Notes under the pieces: generated by a model
Databases searched by the model: none
The model's input: only the letters and a program-made list of their open reading frames with translations
What the model was told of the DNA's origin: nothing
Shown here: piece after piece, positions 1 to 9,757 of the stretch
Layout of the letters: every line of letters begins with the position of its first letter
Numbering within the stretch: the stretch's first letter is position 1
Source of the DNA: a virus
Reading direction: 5' to 3' (one strand)
Length of the DNA stretch: 64,000 nt
IMG/VR virus record: IMGVR_UViG_3300042879_003054
Made by a program: the position numbers and the translations under genes

Positions 1-195
1 AACATTACCATCAAAAGTATGATGACCAACAATTCTTACCTTACATCTTGCTGCCCACACTTGACCGTCAGAACCCTTTTCTTCTGAAAACTGAGATTTA
101 CTTTTCCAAGAATTTTGATTTGCTACTTGTCCAATCCACCAATAAAAACCATCTTTGCCAATGTAATTGGATTTCAATAAAGATTCTTCAATCAT
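1..195 (-). CDS. gp5: Baseplate hub/tail lysozyme gp5, N-terminal part (runs off window)
   Basis: Hand translation MIEESLLKSNYIGKDGFYWWIGQV...RCKVRIVGHH matches the gp5 N-terminal OB-fold motif; baseplate context. Confidence 0.85.
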   Translation of the reverse strand, partial: MIEESLLKSNYIGKDGFYWWIGQVANQNSWKSKSQFSEEKGSDGQVWAARCKVRIVGHHTFDGNV

Positions 196-397
196 CGTAA
201 ATTCTACACTCCAGTGCGTTTGGGTTTAAATCGCAAAATAATTCTAATGCATTTGGTATTAAAGTATTATTTGGATTATTCTTTTGATATTCCAAAAGTT
301 CTTCCAAATGTGCTTCTAAGTATCTTTTTCTTTGTTTATTTAATGATGAATTTCCCAATTCATCATTTATAGTATGTATGAATTGTTGTAAATCCAT
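188..397 (-). CDS. cp12: CP12 Calvin-cycle inhibitor
   Basis: C-terminus LELFCDLNPNALECRIYDD is the CP12 C-x8-C signature; 69 aa. Confidence 0.88.
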   Translation of the reverse strand: MDLQQFIHTINDELGNSSLNKQRKRYLEAHLEELLEYQKNNPNNTLIPNALELFCDLNPNALECRIYDD

Positions 398-402
398 TTT
401 TC

Positions 403-1716
403 TTACCCGTTTTGAGGACCGTAAAGACCGTAACTATCACGAATTAATTTTACACTTGTAACCATTTGATTTCCTTCAAAATGATGTCTCAATTCTTTAA
501 TCAAATAATTTCCACTTTGCTCATCATCTGCTTCTTTATTATCCGATCTTTTGATTCTCGGAAATTGTGCATTTATAATATCTCCAACTTTCAGTTTTAT
601 ATTACAAGGTATAACCATATTTAGTGCTTGAGTGAATAATAAATTATATCTAGAATAAGACATTGACATATCCGCACCACTTCTTGACTTGCCACTTACA
701 GTTCCATCATTATTCAAATTTCCTCTATCAGAAATTTTAAACATAATTCTACTAATACTATCTCCAAATTCATCAGAAACAGCAATATTCTTAGACGCAC
801 CTAGTTTATTTTTAACTTGGTCTTTCACTGTGTATTTGTAAATATCTAAAGTGTTTGAATACAAATCAAAATAATATGTTTTATTTGAATACATACCAAC
901 TCTCAATGATTTCATCAAATCAATATTCTTTTCATACTTATAGTTTAAAATTCTAAAATTTGTTTCTACATTATTACTCTCAATGATTGGAGCATATTGA
1001 TAATTATATATTGATTCCTTATCGGCACTATTGTTTTGAATTTGAGTGCTTGAAACTAAACTATCAATACTTCTAAAATTAAACCCATCTTTGTTTTCAT
1101 AGAATAAGAATCCTGCAGTTCCTTTTGCGATTCCACTATTCTCTCCACCTGATGTTCCAGAGTTTTGACCATTTGCAGGAACTGCTTTTGGTCCCAACCA
1201 AGTCAAAGTATGAAATGGTTTTCTATTGTTTCCAATAAAAGAAAAATCATTTGATGTTCCTTCTATATTTTCACTCTTAAATTTTTTAGTTTTTAATACA
1301 TCTTTTAAAATTTTAGTTACTGTAGTTTGAATATTACCTGTATATTTTCTTTCACATCTGACAGTATCATTCGTCAAACCTTCACGAGAAACTAAGTGTA
1401 AAGTGAACATTTCACTTGACTTTTGTGCATCAAGATTGCTAACCTTATAAACATAAAAAGCAGTATCACCGTCAAATAAAAATTCACCAAATGCAGTATC
1501 AACACTAATGGAAACTTTTTCTCCACCACGAATTGGTAAAAGATTAAACAAACTTGTACTATTAACTATTTGTGCAGTAGCAGTTATACAAGGAGATAAA
1601 ATATCCTCAAAGTAATCAAAAAACAATAATGAATTGGTAATATCAATTTTTTTGCTACCATCTAATGATTGTATGATAAAATAATTTGGTTTAAATGCTG
1701 CTACAGATTGTGACAT
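403..1716 (-). CDS. Baseplate hub protein (gp27-like)
   Basis: 437 aa; YFEDILSP, FLFYENKDGFNFRSIDSL and SGNYLIKELRHHF motifs typical of hub proteins; upstream of gp5. Confidence 0.65.
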   Translation of the reverse strand: MSQSVAAFKPNYFIIQSLDGSKKIDITNSLLFFDYFEDILSPCITATAQIVNSTSLFNLLPIRGGEKVSISVDTAFGEFLFDGDTAFYVYKVSNLDAQKSSEMFTLHLVSREGLTNDTVRCERKYTGNIQTTVTKILKDVLKTKKFKSENIEGTSNDFSFIGNNRKPFHTLTWLGPKAVPANGQNSGTSGGENSGIAKGTAGFLFYENKDGFNFRSIDSLVSSTQIQNNSADKESIYNYQYAPIIESNNVETNFRILNYKYEKNIDLMKSLRVGMYSNKTYYFDLYSNTLDIYKYTVKDQVKNKLGASKNIAVSDEFGDSISRIMFKISDRGNLNNDGTVSGKSRSGADMSMSYSRYNLLFTQALNMVIPCNIKLKVGDIINAQFPRIKRSDNKEADDEQSGNYLIKELRHHFEGNQMVTSVKLIRDSYGLYGPQNG

Positions 1717-3812
1717 TAGCTTGCTGACAGATTAGTAAGTAACATAGTCTTCATAAGACTATTTACCAGTTGTCCTTCATCTGGACCAGGAAGAATTACA
1801 GTTCCTCCACCACCACCTCCAACTGGAATAAAGACTGGTTTTTGTTGTCCTCCTCCACCTTGAGGACTCATCATCATTGGTATAATTGTTGTAACCTGTT
1901 GTAGTTGATTATAAGAAGGGTATTGTTGGAGATTTTGAATCATTCCAGATTGATATGCAGCAATTGCCTCTGGAGTTAAATCTGGACCTCCTATTCCAGG
2001 TCTCTTTGAAGCATCCATTATTGCTTTAATTCTGGAAAGATTTGAATTTGGATCACTTGCTTCATTTGCAATAATAGATTTATGGTACATTACATTTAAT
2101 TTCTGTGCTTTTGCTAATTTTTCAACCAATTCAGCAGTTTTTAAATTATATTCCTTTTCTCCAGGAGCACCAGTTTCACCTTTTGTTACATCAGCGTGTC
2201 CTGCAAAAATATGATATGCACGTTTAGGGTCTTTCATCATTGCTTCAACTATTCTTTTTGCATTTGCTTCAGCACCTAATGCCATATCTGACTCTAGAAT
2301 ATTTCCACCTCTATTTGTAACACCCAATCCTCCTCTAAAATTTTTACCATAAGTCCCGAAACTAGAAACAAGTGCTTGAGAAACAGCAGTATCTGGACTG
2401 GTATTGCTTGGGATTAATCCTGTCTTTTGTCCTTTTGCATTTGGGTCTGCGTGTAATTCTAAAACAAAAGGATTAGAACCTGCTCCCGAAACTCCTGCCT
2501 TTGGTTTGACTTTTACATTGCCACCGAATCTAAAATACTTATCTCCCTCACTTGTAGGTATTTCTAATTTTTTACTTCCTTGTCTAACTTCAAAATGAAC
2601 GTGAGGTCCCGTAGAATTTCCTGTGCTTCCTACATTTCCAATTACAGTTCCAGGTTCTATTTGTTGTCCTTCTTTGACTGATATTTTACTTAAGTGCCCA
2701 TAAAAACTACTAGAACCACCAGGATGTGCAATTTGTACAGCATATCCATACCCACCATCATTAAATTGTGCGTATGTTACTTGACCAGGTTGAATCACAC
2801 TTACTGGTGTTCCTTCCGTAATAGCATAATCAACACCACTATGAATTCTTCCCCATCTCCAACCATAAGGAGATGAAGTATATTTGCTGGGCATTTGACC
2901 ACCTTCAGCAGTCATATCTGGAAGTTCTCCTGGAATTTCAGGAGCATCTGGAATTGCATCTGGGTCTAAACCGTAATCCAACATCATTTCATCAGAACCA
3001 GCAGCAGCTGCGGCACCATTTACCACAGAAGCAAATGACTTATAGACAAAGTTTTCAAACTTTCCTACAGAGTCACTAAATCTGTTTATTACATCACCAA
3101 ATCCACTTTCTTGAACTGATGCCTTTTGTTGTTGTTCTTGTGCCTTTAGTTTTTCTTCAACTTTTCCAGACACACCTCCAGCACCACCAGTTGCAAGTTC
3201 ATATGCTCTATCTGCGGTGTAACCACCCAAAAATCCACCTGCCATACTTCCAATTACAAAACCAAGCCCAGGTATTGGAATTAGTGCTTGCCCAATGGCA
3301 CCACCAAGTAATGAACCAGCAAGATTGCCCACTGCTCCCGATGCTGCTTGACCTGTGCTTTCTCCCTCTGCCAATCCCTGAGCAAAATCCAATCCAGAAA
3401 AAACTGCATTCAAAATACCTACAGATTTGAGTCCTCCAAATTGTAACTTAGAACCAGAAACTATTGGTTTTGGTGGTCTCAATCCTCTTGTATTTTGAGG
3501 AGCACCCATTTTTCCTCTTGGAGGGAACATATTACCAAGAAAACCAGCAACATCAAGTGCCCCTCCAAGTAAAGATGATAATAAATTTCCAGGAGAACCA
3601 AAACTTGAAGCAATGTTTAAGTTCGCAAGTTCTTTAATTTTTCTTTTTTCAGGTAATTTTATTCTATTAATTTCTTTATTTTGAGTGTTTAAAAACTTAG
3701 AGAAATCAACAACATCTCTCTGAATTCCTTTTAGTCTTCTTGAGGAATCTCCACTAAAAGAAACTATGTTATTGGAAGCAGAAACTAAAGGAGAAGAAAG
3801 TACTTTTTTCAT
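1716..3812 (-). CDS. Virion hub/tape-measure-like protein with M23 peptidase and permuted amidase domains
   Basis: HSGVD and STGPHVHFE (M23 HxxxD/HxH); Gly-rich hydrophobic segment; amidase-like AGHAD/EKEYN/LHAD motifs. Confidence 0.8.
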   Translation of the reverse strand: MKKVLSSPLVSASNNIVSFSGDSSRRLKGIQRDVVDFSKFLNTQNKEINRIKLPEKRKIKELANLNIASSFGSPGNLLSSLLGGALDVAGFLGNMFPPRGKMGAPQNTRGLRPPKPIVSGSKLQFGGLKSVGILNAVFSGLDFAQGLAEGESTGQAASGAVGNLAGSLLGGAIGQALIPIPGLGFVIGSMAGGFLGGYTADRAYELATGGAGGVSGKVEEKLKAQEQQQKASVQESGFGDVINRFSDSVGKFENFVYKSFASVVNGAAAAAGSDEMMLDYGLDPDAIPDAPEIPGELPDMTAEGGQMPSKYTSSPYGWRWGRIHSGVDYAITEGTPVSVIQPGQVTYAQFNDGGYGYAVQIAHPGGSSSFYGHLSKISVKEGQQIEPGTVIGNVGSTGNSTGPHVHFEVRQGSKKLEIPTSEGDKYFRFGGNVKVKPKAGVSGAGSNPFVLELHADPNAKGQKTGLIPSNTSPDTAVSQALVSSFGTYGKNFRGGLGVTNRGGNILESDMALGAEANAKRIVEAMMKDPKRAYHIFAGHADVTKGETGAPGEKEYNLKTAELVEKLAKAQKLNVMYHKSIIANEASDPNSNLSRIKAIMDASKRPGIGGPDLTPEAIAAYQSGMIQNLQQYPSYNQLQQVTTIIPMMMSPQGGGGQQKPVFIPVGGGGGGTVILPGPDEGQLVNSLMKTMLLTNLSAS

Positions 3813-5587
3813 TATCCGTCTACTATATTATAAACCATTCTTGAATATAAAACTAAAAAATTATCAGTGTTTGCAGAAGGTAATAATGGAACTGATGGAC
3901 CATTTTTTTGAGTTGATGGTGGTGCAGAAATACCTCCTCCACCACCTTGAGATTGTTGAGGCATTGCACCAGACAAATCTATTGGTACAATATTTGTTTG
4001 TGATTGTGCTGCTGTTTGAGCAACTTGAGAAACACCTGTTGCTAAGTTGTTGTATTCTTCTAATTTTAATTTTCCAGCCTTATATGCTGCAGCATATTCT
4101 TTAGGCAATTCCTCATAACTACCTCCTATTCCTGGTTTTGGTTTATATGTTTTTTCCAATCCTGGAGTCAATTTTTTATACCATTCTCCAGTTTTAACTG
4201 ATCCATATTCTGGATCAGGACCCCCAGAATAACCACGATCAGTTCTATAAACAATATACTTATCTCTAAGTAATTGTGATATTTTAGCACCAGAATAACC
4301 TTGAGTGGTTAATGCTTCAGGAACTCCAGCACCTCTCGTCTTAATTTCATTTGCAGAAAATCTTGCTTGGAATCTCAATCCCTCAGCAGTTTCTTTTATT
4401 TGACCTTTGGTCTCATCCCAAACCCCAGCCTTTTTGGCCTGATCGATTAAAGCAGTTCTTCTATCTTGATTCCAACTAAACATACCAGTATTAGGAATTT
4501 TTGCAGAAGGATCAGTATGAGTTCCAAACAAGTTTTTATTGTCCATCCCACCTTCTCTGCCAATTTCAGCAATTAATCTTTTTGCTCCCTCATCAGTATA
4601 TCCAAGATTTCTATATTCATCATATAAAACTGCTGATTTGCCTGCCATAGTAGATATATCACCACTTTTCAAATTACTATAATCCACTGGAGATCCAGGA
4701 CCAGGACCTCCAGGACCAGGACCTCCAGGACTTCCCCCACCACCTCCTGCACCACCACCAGGAGGTTTGGAAGGACCCTTTCCAATACCAATCATTGTAT
4801 TAATTGCTGTAATAAATCTTTCTATTGCAGAACTAAACGTTGATATGATGTCTCCACCATCTCCAGGTTGAAGCATTCCTGCTCTAATTTCATCAACATT
4901 AGAAAGAGCATTCACTGTGCCAGCACCAACAGCACCCAATCCAAGAGCACCAGCACCAAGGGCAAGCATTTTGCCTCTTCCCTTGAACATATTACCAAGT
5001 CCTCGTGGTGCGCTCTTTCTGACACCACCCATGGGAACATCAACATCAATGTCAATTCCACCTCCACCACCTGGAGATGCTTTTGGAAGATTTGATAATT
5101 GTTGTACTATTTTTACAATGACCTGACGAATCAATTTTGCAACTTCAAAACTTTCTGTAAATGATTTAGAAAGATTTTTTAAATTGTCACTTATTCTATT
5201 CACAAATTTTTTGTTGCCAAAAAACTGAATGAATTGTATTACACTCTTATAGGTACTTAAAAACTTACTTAGAATGCCGGTTGGTTTCGCAGAATCAACA
5301 TCAGATACTCTTTTCTTATAATCTGTAGTGAAACTTTGAAGAGTATTATTTAAAGTGCTTGTTATATTGTTTGTAATATTTGTAGAAATAGTACTTACGA
5401 TTGAATCTACTGAAGATGGGACTGGTTTTGCAGTCCCTCTTTGAAATCCTACTATTTTATTTGCAGCAGAAGCAATTGAAGATGTTCCAAGAAAAGAACC
5501 ACCAGAAATAAAATTTTTGGCGAGTTGTTGGTTTGTATTCTGCTTACCTACTATTCTTTCTGGGTTCAGAACCGAACCTATTACCAT
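3812..5587 (-). CDS. Virion hub-associated protein with phage tail lysozyme-like domain
   Basis: LIAEIGREGG...GMFSWNQDRRTAL...FQARF resembles the Phage_lysozyme2 family; Gly/Pro linkers; architecture parallels the neighbouring gene. Confidence 0.65.
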   Translation of the reverse strand: MVIGSVLNPERIVGKQNTNQQLAKNFISGGSFLGTSSIASAANKIVGFQRGTAKPVPSSVDSIVSTISTNITNNITSTLNNTLQSFTTDYKKRVSDVDSAKPTGILSKFLSTYKSVIQFIQFFGNKKFVNRISDNLKNLSKSFTESFEVAKLIRQVIVKIVQQLSNLPKASPGGGGGIDIDVDVPMGGVRKSAPRGLGNMFKGRGKMLALGAGALGLGAVGAGTVNALSNVDEIRAGMLQPGDGGDIISTFSSAIERFITAINTMIGIGKGPSKPPGGGAGGGGGSPGGPGPGGPGPGSPVDYSNLKSGDISTMAGKSAVLYDEYRNLGYTDEGAKRLIAEIGREGGMDNKNLFGTHTDPSAKIPNTGMFSWNQDRRTALIDQAKKAGVWDETKGQIKETAEGLRFQARFSANEIKTRGAGVPEALTTQGYSGAKISQLLRDKYIVYRTDRGYSGGPDPEYGSVKTGEWYKKLTPGLEKTYKPKPGIGGSYEELPKEYAAAYKAGKLKLEEYNNLATGVSQVAQTAAQSQTNIVPIDLSGAMPQQSQGGGGGISAPPSTQKNGPSVPLLPSANTDNFLVLYSRMVYNIVDG

Positions 5588-5611
5588 CTTGCTTTCTTAT
5601 TTTAGAATTAT

Positions 5612-5785
5612 TTATTGAGCATTTTGTTGTTTTAGTTTCTCATCTTCAATATGTTGTTGGAGAAGTGCTAAGTAAATATCTCTTTCCCAAGGCATCATAT
5701 TTTCAACATCCCTAATCGGCCATTTATGAAATTGAAGTAATGCAAAATTAATTCTAAAGTATGACTCCAATTCCATATAAGCCAT
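5612..5785 (-). CDS. gp51: Baseplate hub assembly catalyst gp51
   Basis: Hand translation MAYMELESYFRINFALLQFHKWPIRDVENMMPWERDIYLALLQQHIEDEKLKQQNAQ (MMPWERDIY motif); follows gp26; absent from ORF track. Confidence 0.88.
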   Translation of the reverse strand: MAYMELESYFRINFALLQFHKWPIRDVENMMPWERDIYLALLQQHIEDEKLKQQNAQ

Positions 5786-5787
5786 AC

Positions 5788-6516
5788 TCAACCGAAAAAA
5801 GATGTTAACCCCTCCAACGTAACTTCACTTTCCACTCCAGTCTTTGGATTCTTAACTTTTACTTTGTGTGCAAGTTTTGGCATTGTATTAAAAAAGTTTT
5901 CAACCTGTTTGAATTGATTTGAATCAAGTGTTTCAATCCAAGAAACTAATTCTTTTTTAGTACAATCAGATGCTGCCCAACTTTCTTCTTCATTAAAGAT
6001 CATATCAATACAAGAAGCAATAATATCTAAAGATTTTTCAATATTTGATGTACTTTGCTCTGTGTTAAAATCAAAATTATTTTTAATAAACTGGTCTAAA
6101 GATGGATACTTCATTCTTAAAACTAAAGAACTATCAAGTTTAATATCCGTGCTATGATTTTCTTCTTTTTGAACTTGAATCTCATCAATATAAATTGTGA
6201 CTGGAACTTGAGTTTCCATATCATCACCACAAGTAATAATTAATTCAATAGACTCACCAACAGATTTTGAACGAAGGTTTAAGAACAAATATTCAATATC
6301 AAAAGTTGGAAGTTCTTCTACTTTAATTGCTTTTGTTAAAATACAATCTTTTAATACTTGCTTGATTGCATTTGTAATTTCTTTTGTATCTTGACTTTCA
6401 AGAGCAAGAATTAATATCTTTTCTTCTTTGACTAGAAATGGTCTGTATTTAATTGTTTTCCCAGTTGATGGCAAAACCAATTCATACGTTGGTGTAGAAA
6501 TCTTAGGTAATGGCAT
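5788..6516 (-). CDS. gp26: Baseplate hub subunit gp26
   Basis: MPLPKISTPTYEL...YRPFLVKEEKIL...FDIEYLFLNLRSKSVGE. Confidence 0.92.
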   Translation of the reverse strand: MPLPKISTPTYELVLPSTGKTIKYRPFLVKEEKILILALESQDTKEITNAIKQVLKDCILTKAIKVEELPTFDIEYLFLNLRSKSVGESIELIITCGDDMETQVPVTIYIDEIQVQKEENHSTDIKLDSSLVLRMKYPSLDQFIKNNFDFNTEQSTSNIEKSLDIIASCIDMIFNEEESWAASDCTKKELVSWIETLDSNQFKQVENFFNTMPKLAHKVKVKNPKTGVESEVTLEGLTSFFG

Positions 6517-6540
6517 AATTCAATAGTTCAGTGCTTTTAT

Positions 6541-7245
6541 TTATTTACTCCTCGTTTTATGTTTTTCAATTACATAACGGGAGTAACTAAAGGTAACTAT
6601 TGTTTTAGTGATTGTACTTCCTTCATAAGTCACTGGCATTGCTGCTATGTTTGTAGGGAAAGCATCAATCAAACGATAAGTTATTCTTGGCACATCATTA
6701 GTTCTATTCAAATCTCTTTCAAATTTTACAATTGATATAATTCTCTTATATGTGTCGGGATATTTAAGTCTAAAGAAATCTGGACGATTTTTTGCGTCTC
6801 CCTGTCCCCTTGAATTTGCTTTAACTTCTCCAGCATCTGTATAAACAGGATTGATATAATTCATCCATTCTTCAAAAAGACGAATGAGTTTATAATCATA
6901 ATCAACATAAAATGTCATTGTAACATCTGGATAAACTCTTTTAGTTGGAAACCTCTCTATCACTCCTTGACGTGACCCAATCTCTTCCGTGACATCAAAG
7001 GTTGCGCCAGGAAGTGAAGTCTCCGCACAATAAAAGTCAAATTTTGAAAATTCTCCATCACTTGTAATTCCTGCATCTGCCAACCAATTCATCAATAAAT
7101 CACCATCACCACGATTAGTCAAGTGCAATGATACCTTAAATTGACTTGTAAGGGATAATTTACCAAAGATTTCTAATGCTTCATCTGTTGTCTTATACAA
7201 AAAACCAACTTCAGGTTGTCCTGCTCCTGGTCCTCTTGATGCCAT
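6541..7245 (-). CDS. Tail-tube-fold protein (gp54/gp19-like tube initiator)
   Basis: CAETSLPG, MTFYVD, FEEWMNYI and AFPTNI motifs of the tube fold. Confidence 0.7.
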   Translation of the reverse strand: MASRGPGAGQPEVGFLYKTTDEALEIFGKLSLTSQFKVSLHLTNRGDGDLLMNWLADAGITSDGEFSKFDFYCAETSLPGATFDVTEEIGSRQGVIERFPTKRVYPDVTMTFYVDYDYKLIRLFEEWMNYINPVYTDAGEVKANSRGQGDAKNRPDFFRLKYPDTYKRIISIVKFERDLNRTNDVPRITYRLIDAFPTNIAAMPVTYEGSTITKTIVTFSYSRYVIEKHKTRSK

Positions 7246-7246
7246 T

Positions 7247-7254
7247 TATAAATA
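7247..7254 (+). promoter_or_regulatory. T4-type late promoter TATAAATA for the gp4-gp2-gp48-gp53 operon
   Basis: Exact TATAAATA 22 nt upstream of the gp4 start. Confidence 0.75.
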
Positions 7255-7276
7255 CGATTAAGATTATATAATATGT

Positions 7277-7741
7277 ATGCCTCGTAACGAAGATAGTAAG
7301 TATAGGCAAGGAAAATATAGACCACAAAACCCAGAAAAATATAATGGTGACCCAACAAACATAGTTTATAGGTCATCATATGAATTGAAGTTTATGCAAT
7401 ATTGTGACCTAACTGAAAGTGTAAATGGTTGGAAATCTGAAGAATTTTGGATTCCTTATCGTTCTCCAATTGATAATAAAATTCACAGATATTTCCCAGA
7501 CTTCTTCGTTAAATATAAAGACAAAAATGGAAATAACAGACATCTGGTTGTAGAAATTAAACCACAAAAAGATTTAAAAATGCCAGAAACAAATCCAAAA
7601 AGAAAAACAAAATCTTGGGCATATGCTGTTAAAACTTGGGCAGTAAATCAAGCAAAATGGGAAGCAGCAAAGGAATATTGTGCAGACAGAAATTATGAGT
7701 TTCGTGTTCTGACAGAAAAAGAATTAGGTATCAAATTATGA
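7277..7741 (+). CDS. gp4: Head completion nuclease gp4
   Basis: YRSSYELKFM, HRYFPDF, VEIKP and NQAKWEAA motifs. Confidence 0.92.
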   Translation: MPRNEDSKYRQGKYRPQNPEKYNGDPTNIVYRSSYELKFMQYCDLTESVNGWKSEEFWIPYRSPIDNKIHRYFPDFFVKYKDKNGNNRHLVVEIKPQKDLKMPETNPKRKTKSWAYAVKTWAVNQAKWEAAKEYCADRNYEFRVLTEKELGIKL

Positions 7742-8235
7742 TAGCAGAAGAAATTATAAAAGAAACGGGAGGAAAATATAAAAGCACCAGTTGGTATGTC
7801 AATTCATTGATGAATTCTTTATTAGAATACAACAAAAAAGATATCAATCAATTAGATACTGGATTTATAATTCCTGGTGATTTAGTATTTTTTATGTACA
7901 ATGCCAAGTATCCTCAAAGATATGATTATTGGGATATGCATCCACTATCTTATATCATTGAAGTAAATCCAAGAGAAGGTTCTTTTTTTGGTTCAAATCT
8001 TCACTATCTAACACCAAAGTATCGTGAAGCAGTTGCAAATTCTTATCTAAATAAATCAGGTATTGTAAATGCACCCAAGAAAACTTTACATAAATATCTC
8101 TTCTCTGGAGTAATGAGTGATTTCTTTAAAGTGCCTGAAGGAGAATGGGCAGGAGTATCTTTACTTCCAACAGAGAAATTTGTGGATAGACGAGGACAAC
8201 CAGTATTTAAAACCAAAGTTTGGGACGCACCATAA
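7738..8235 (+). CDS. gp2: DNA end protector gp2-like
   Basis: FMYNAK, YWDMHPL, GSNLHYL and LHKYL motifs; follows gp4. Confidence 0.75.
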   Translation: MIAEEIIKETGGKYKSTSWYVNSLMNSLLEYNKKDINQLDTGFIIPGDLVFFMYNAKYPQRYDYWDMHPLSYIIEVNPREGSFFGSNLHYLTPKYREAVANSYLNKSGIVNAPKKTLHKYLFSGVMSDFFKVPEGEWAGVSLLPTEKFVDRRGQPVFKTKVWDAP

Positions 8236-9756
8236 ATGTCTGACTGGATAATACTAAACGACAATTATTACACATCACAACCAAGTGGTGCGCCAACTTC
8301 AATTAGACTTGGAATTGAATACAACTATAAAACAGGAGATTATCAACTTAAAGAGCAACCACCACATAATGTAATTTCCCCTTCTGTATTTTTTCTAAAT
8401 GGTAGTTGGACTAGTGATGCTATAAAAGATCCAAAATTATTTCAGGATGGGGATCCAAATAAACCCACACAACTAGCAAAACAATATTCAGAAAACATCA
8501 ATAAAGTATCTTATGCTGCTTTTCAGACGAGAGGAGGAAGCGCAAAAGGCAATAAGATTAATGCGGCAGCGCAACCACAGAATCAAGGAAGATTTATTGT
8601 CTACAATGCCCCTGCTGGAGCAGGACCACCACCTTCATTGCCTGGATTGGGAGGAACATCACTCACTGCCCCACCAGGACAAGGAAACTTTTTTGACCCT
8701 GGACTTAATTTAGGAAATTATAAAAATTTCCAAAGTAAAAATGAAAAAGAATTATTCAAAGGTCTTTTAAAGTACCCAAAAGATATTCTTGAGAATCAAC
8801 AAGATACTCTTCACATTACAATGTTTAATTATAAACCACCTCTTGAAGAATTATTTGATCCAGCACCAGGCAAAGCAATAGATATAAAATCTATATTCAC
8901 TGAAGGAGTTCAAAGAAATAGTGCATTAAAAGATCCAATCGGAACAGTCATTCTACCAATCCCATCTGGAATCTCGGATTCCAACAATGTGGAATGGGGG
9001 GATGATAGAATGAACAACATGTCAATAGCAGCTACTGGATATGTAGGTAAAAATTTGCTTGGAACTGGAATTCAACAATCTCTTGTTGCACTTGCTGCTG
9101 CCATTGCACAACAAAAGGGGGGATTAAATCTGCCATCAGGAGCAATAAATCAAGCAGCATTATTAAAGGGTGCAGGTGCTGACTTAAATATGCCAGAGAT
9201 AAAAACAGCATTAATGTCAATGGTATTGAAAAATGCTGGATTTGAAGTTTCCCCCGAAAGTATTTTGGCAAGGGGTGCTGGATTGGTTCCAAATTCAAAT
9301 CTTGAACTCTTATTCAGAGGTCCAACTCTCCGTCAATTTCAATTCGCATATCGTTTTAGTCCAAGAAGTGAACCAGAGGCAGCAGATGTAAGAAGAATCA
9401 TCAGATTCTTCAAGCAAGGAAGTGCTGCAAGAAAACTTAATGCAACAAAAGGTGCTGGTTATGGTTCAGTATTTCTTGGTTCTCCTAATGTGTTTAAGTT
9501 GGAATATAAAACTGTAGGAGGAAAATCAATCGCAGGTGTAAATAAATTTAAAATATGTGCTCTTCAAGGAGTATCCGTAAATTATGCTCCTGATGGTCAA
9601 TGGTCAGCATATAAAGAAGGACAACCAGTTTCTTACACAATGTCTTTAGGATTTCAAGAAATTGAACCCATATACGAAAGTGATTATCAAGATACAATAT
9701 TTGATGGTCTATCTGGTGATTATAATGAAATCACAGAAAACGATATAGGATACTAA
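8236..9756 (+). CDS. gp48: Baseplate tail tube cap gp48
   Basis: LPIPSGISDSN, NLELLFRGPTLRQFQF and FQEIEPIY motifs. Confidence 0.88.
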   Translation: MSDWIILNDNYYTSQPSGAPTSIRLGIEYNYKTGDYQLKEQPPHNVISPSVFFLNGSWTSDAIKDPKLFQDGDPNKPTQLAKQYSENINKVSYAAFQTRGGSAKGNKINAAAQPQNQGRFIVYNAPAGAGPPPSLPGLGGTSLTAPPGQGNFFDPGLNLGNYKNFQSKNEKELFKGLLKYPKDILENQQDTLHITMFNYKPPLEELFDPAPGKAIDIKSIFTEGVQRNSALKDPIGTVILPIPSGISDSNNVEWGDDRMNNMSIAATGYVGKNLLGTGIQQSLVALAAAIAQQKGGLNLPSGAINQAALLKGAGADLNMPEIKTALMSMVLKNAGFEVSPESILARGAGLVPNSNLELLFRGPTLRQFQFAYRFSPRSEPEAADVRRIIRFFKQGSAARKLNATKGAGYGSVFLGSPNVFKLEYKTVGGKSIAGVNKFKICALQGVSVNYAPDGQWSAYKEGQPVSYTMSLGFQEIEPIYESDYQDTIFDGLSGDYNEITENDIGY

Positions 9757-9757
9757 T

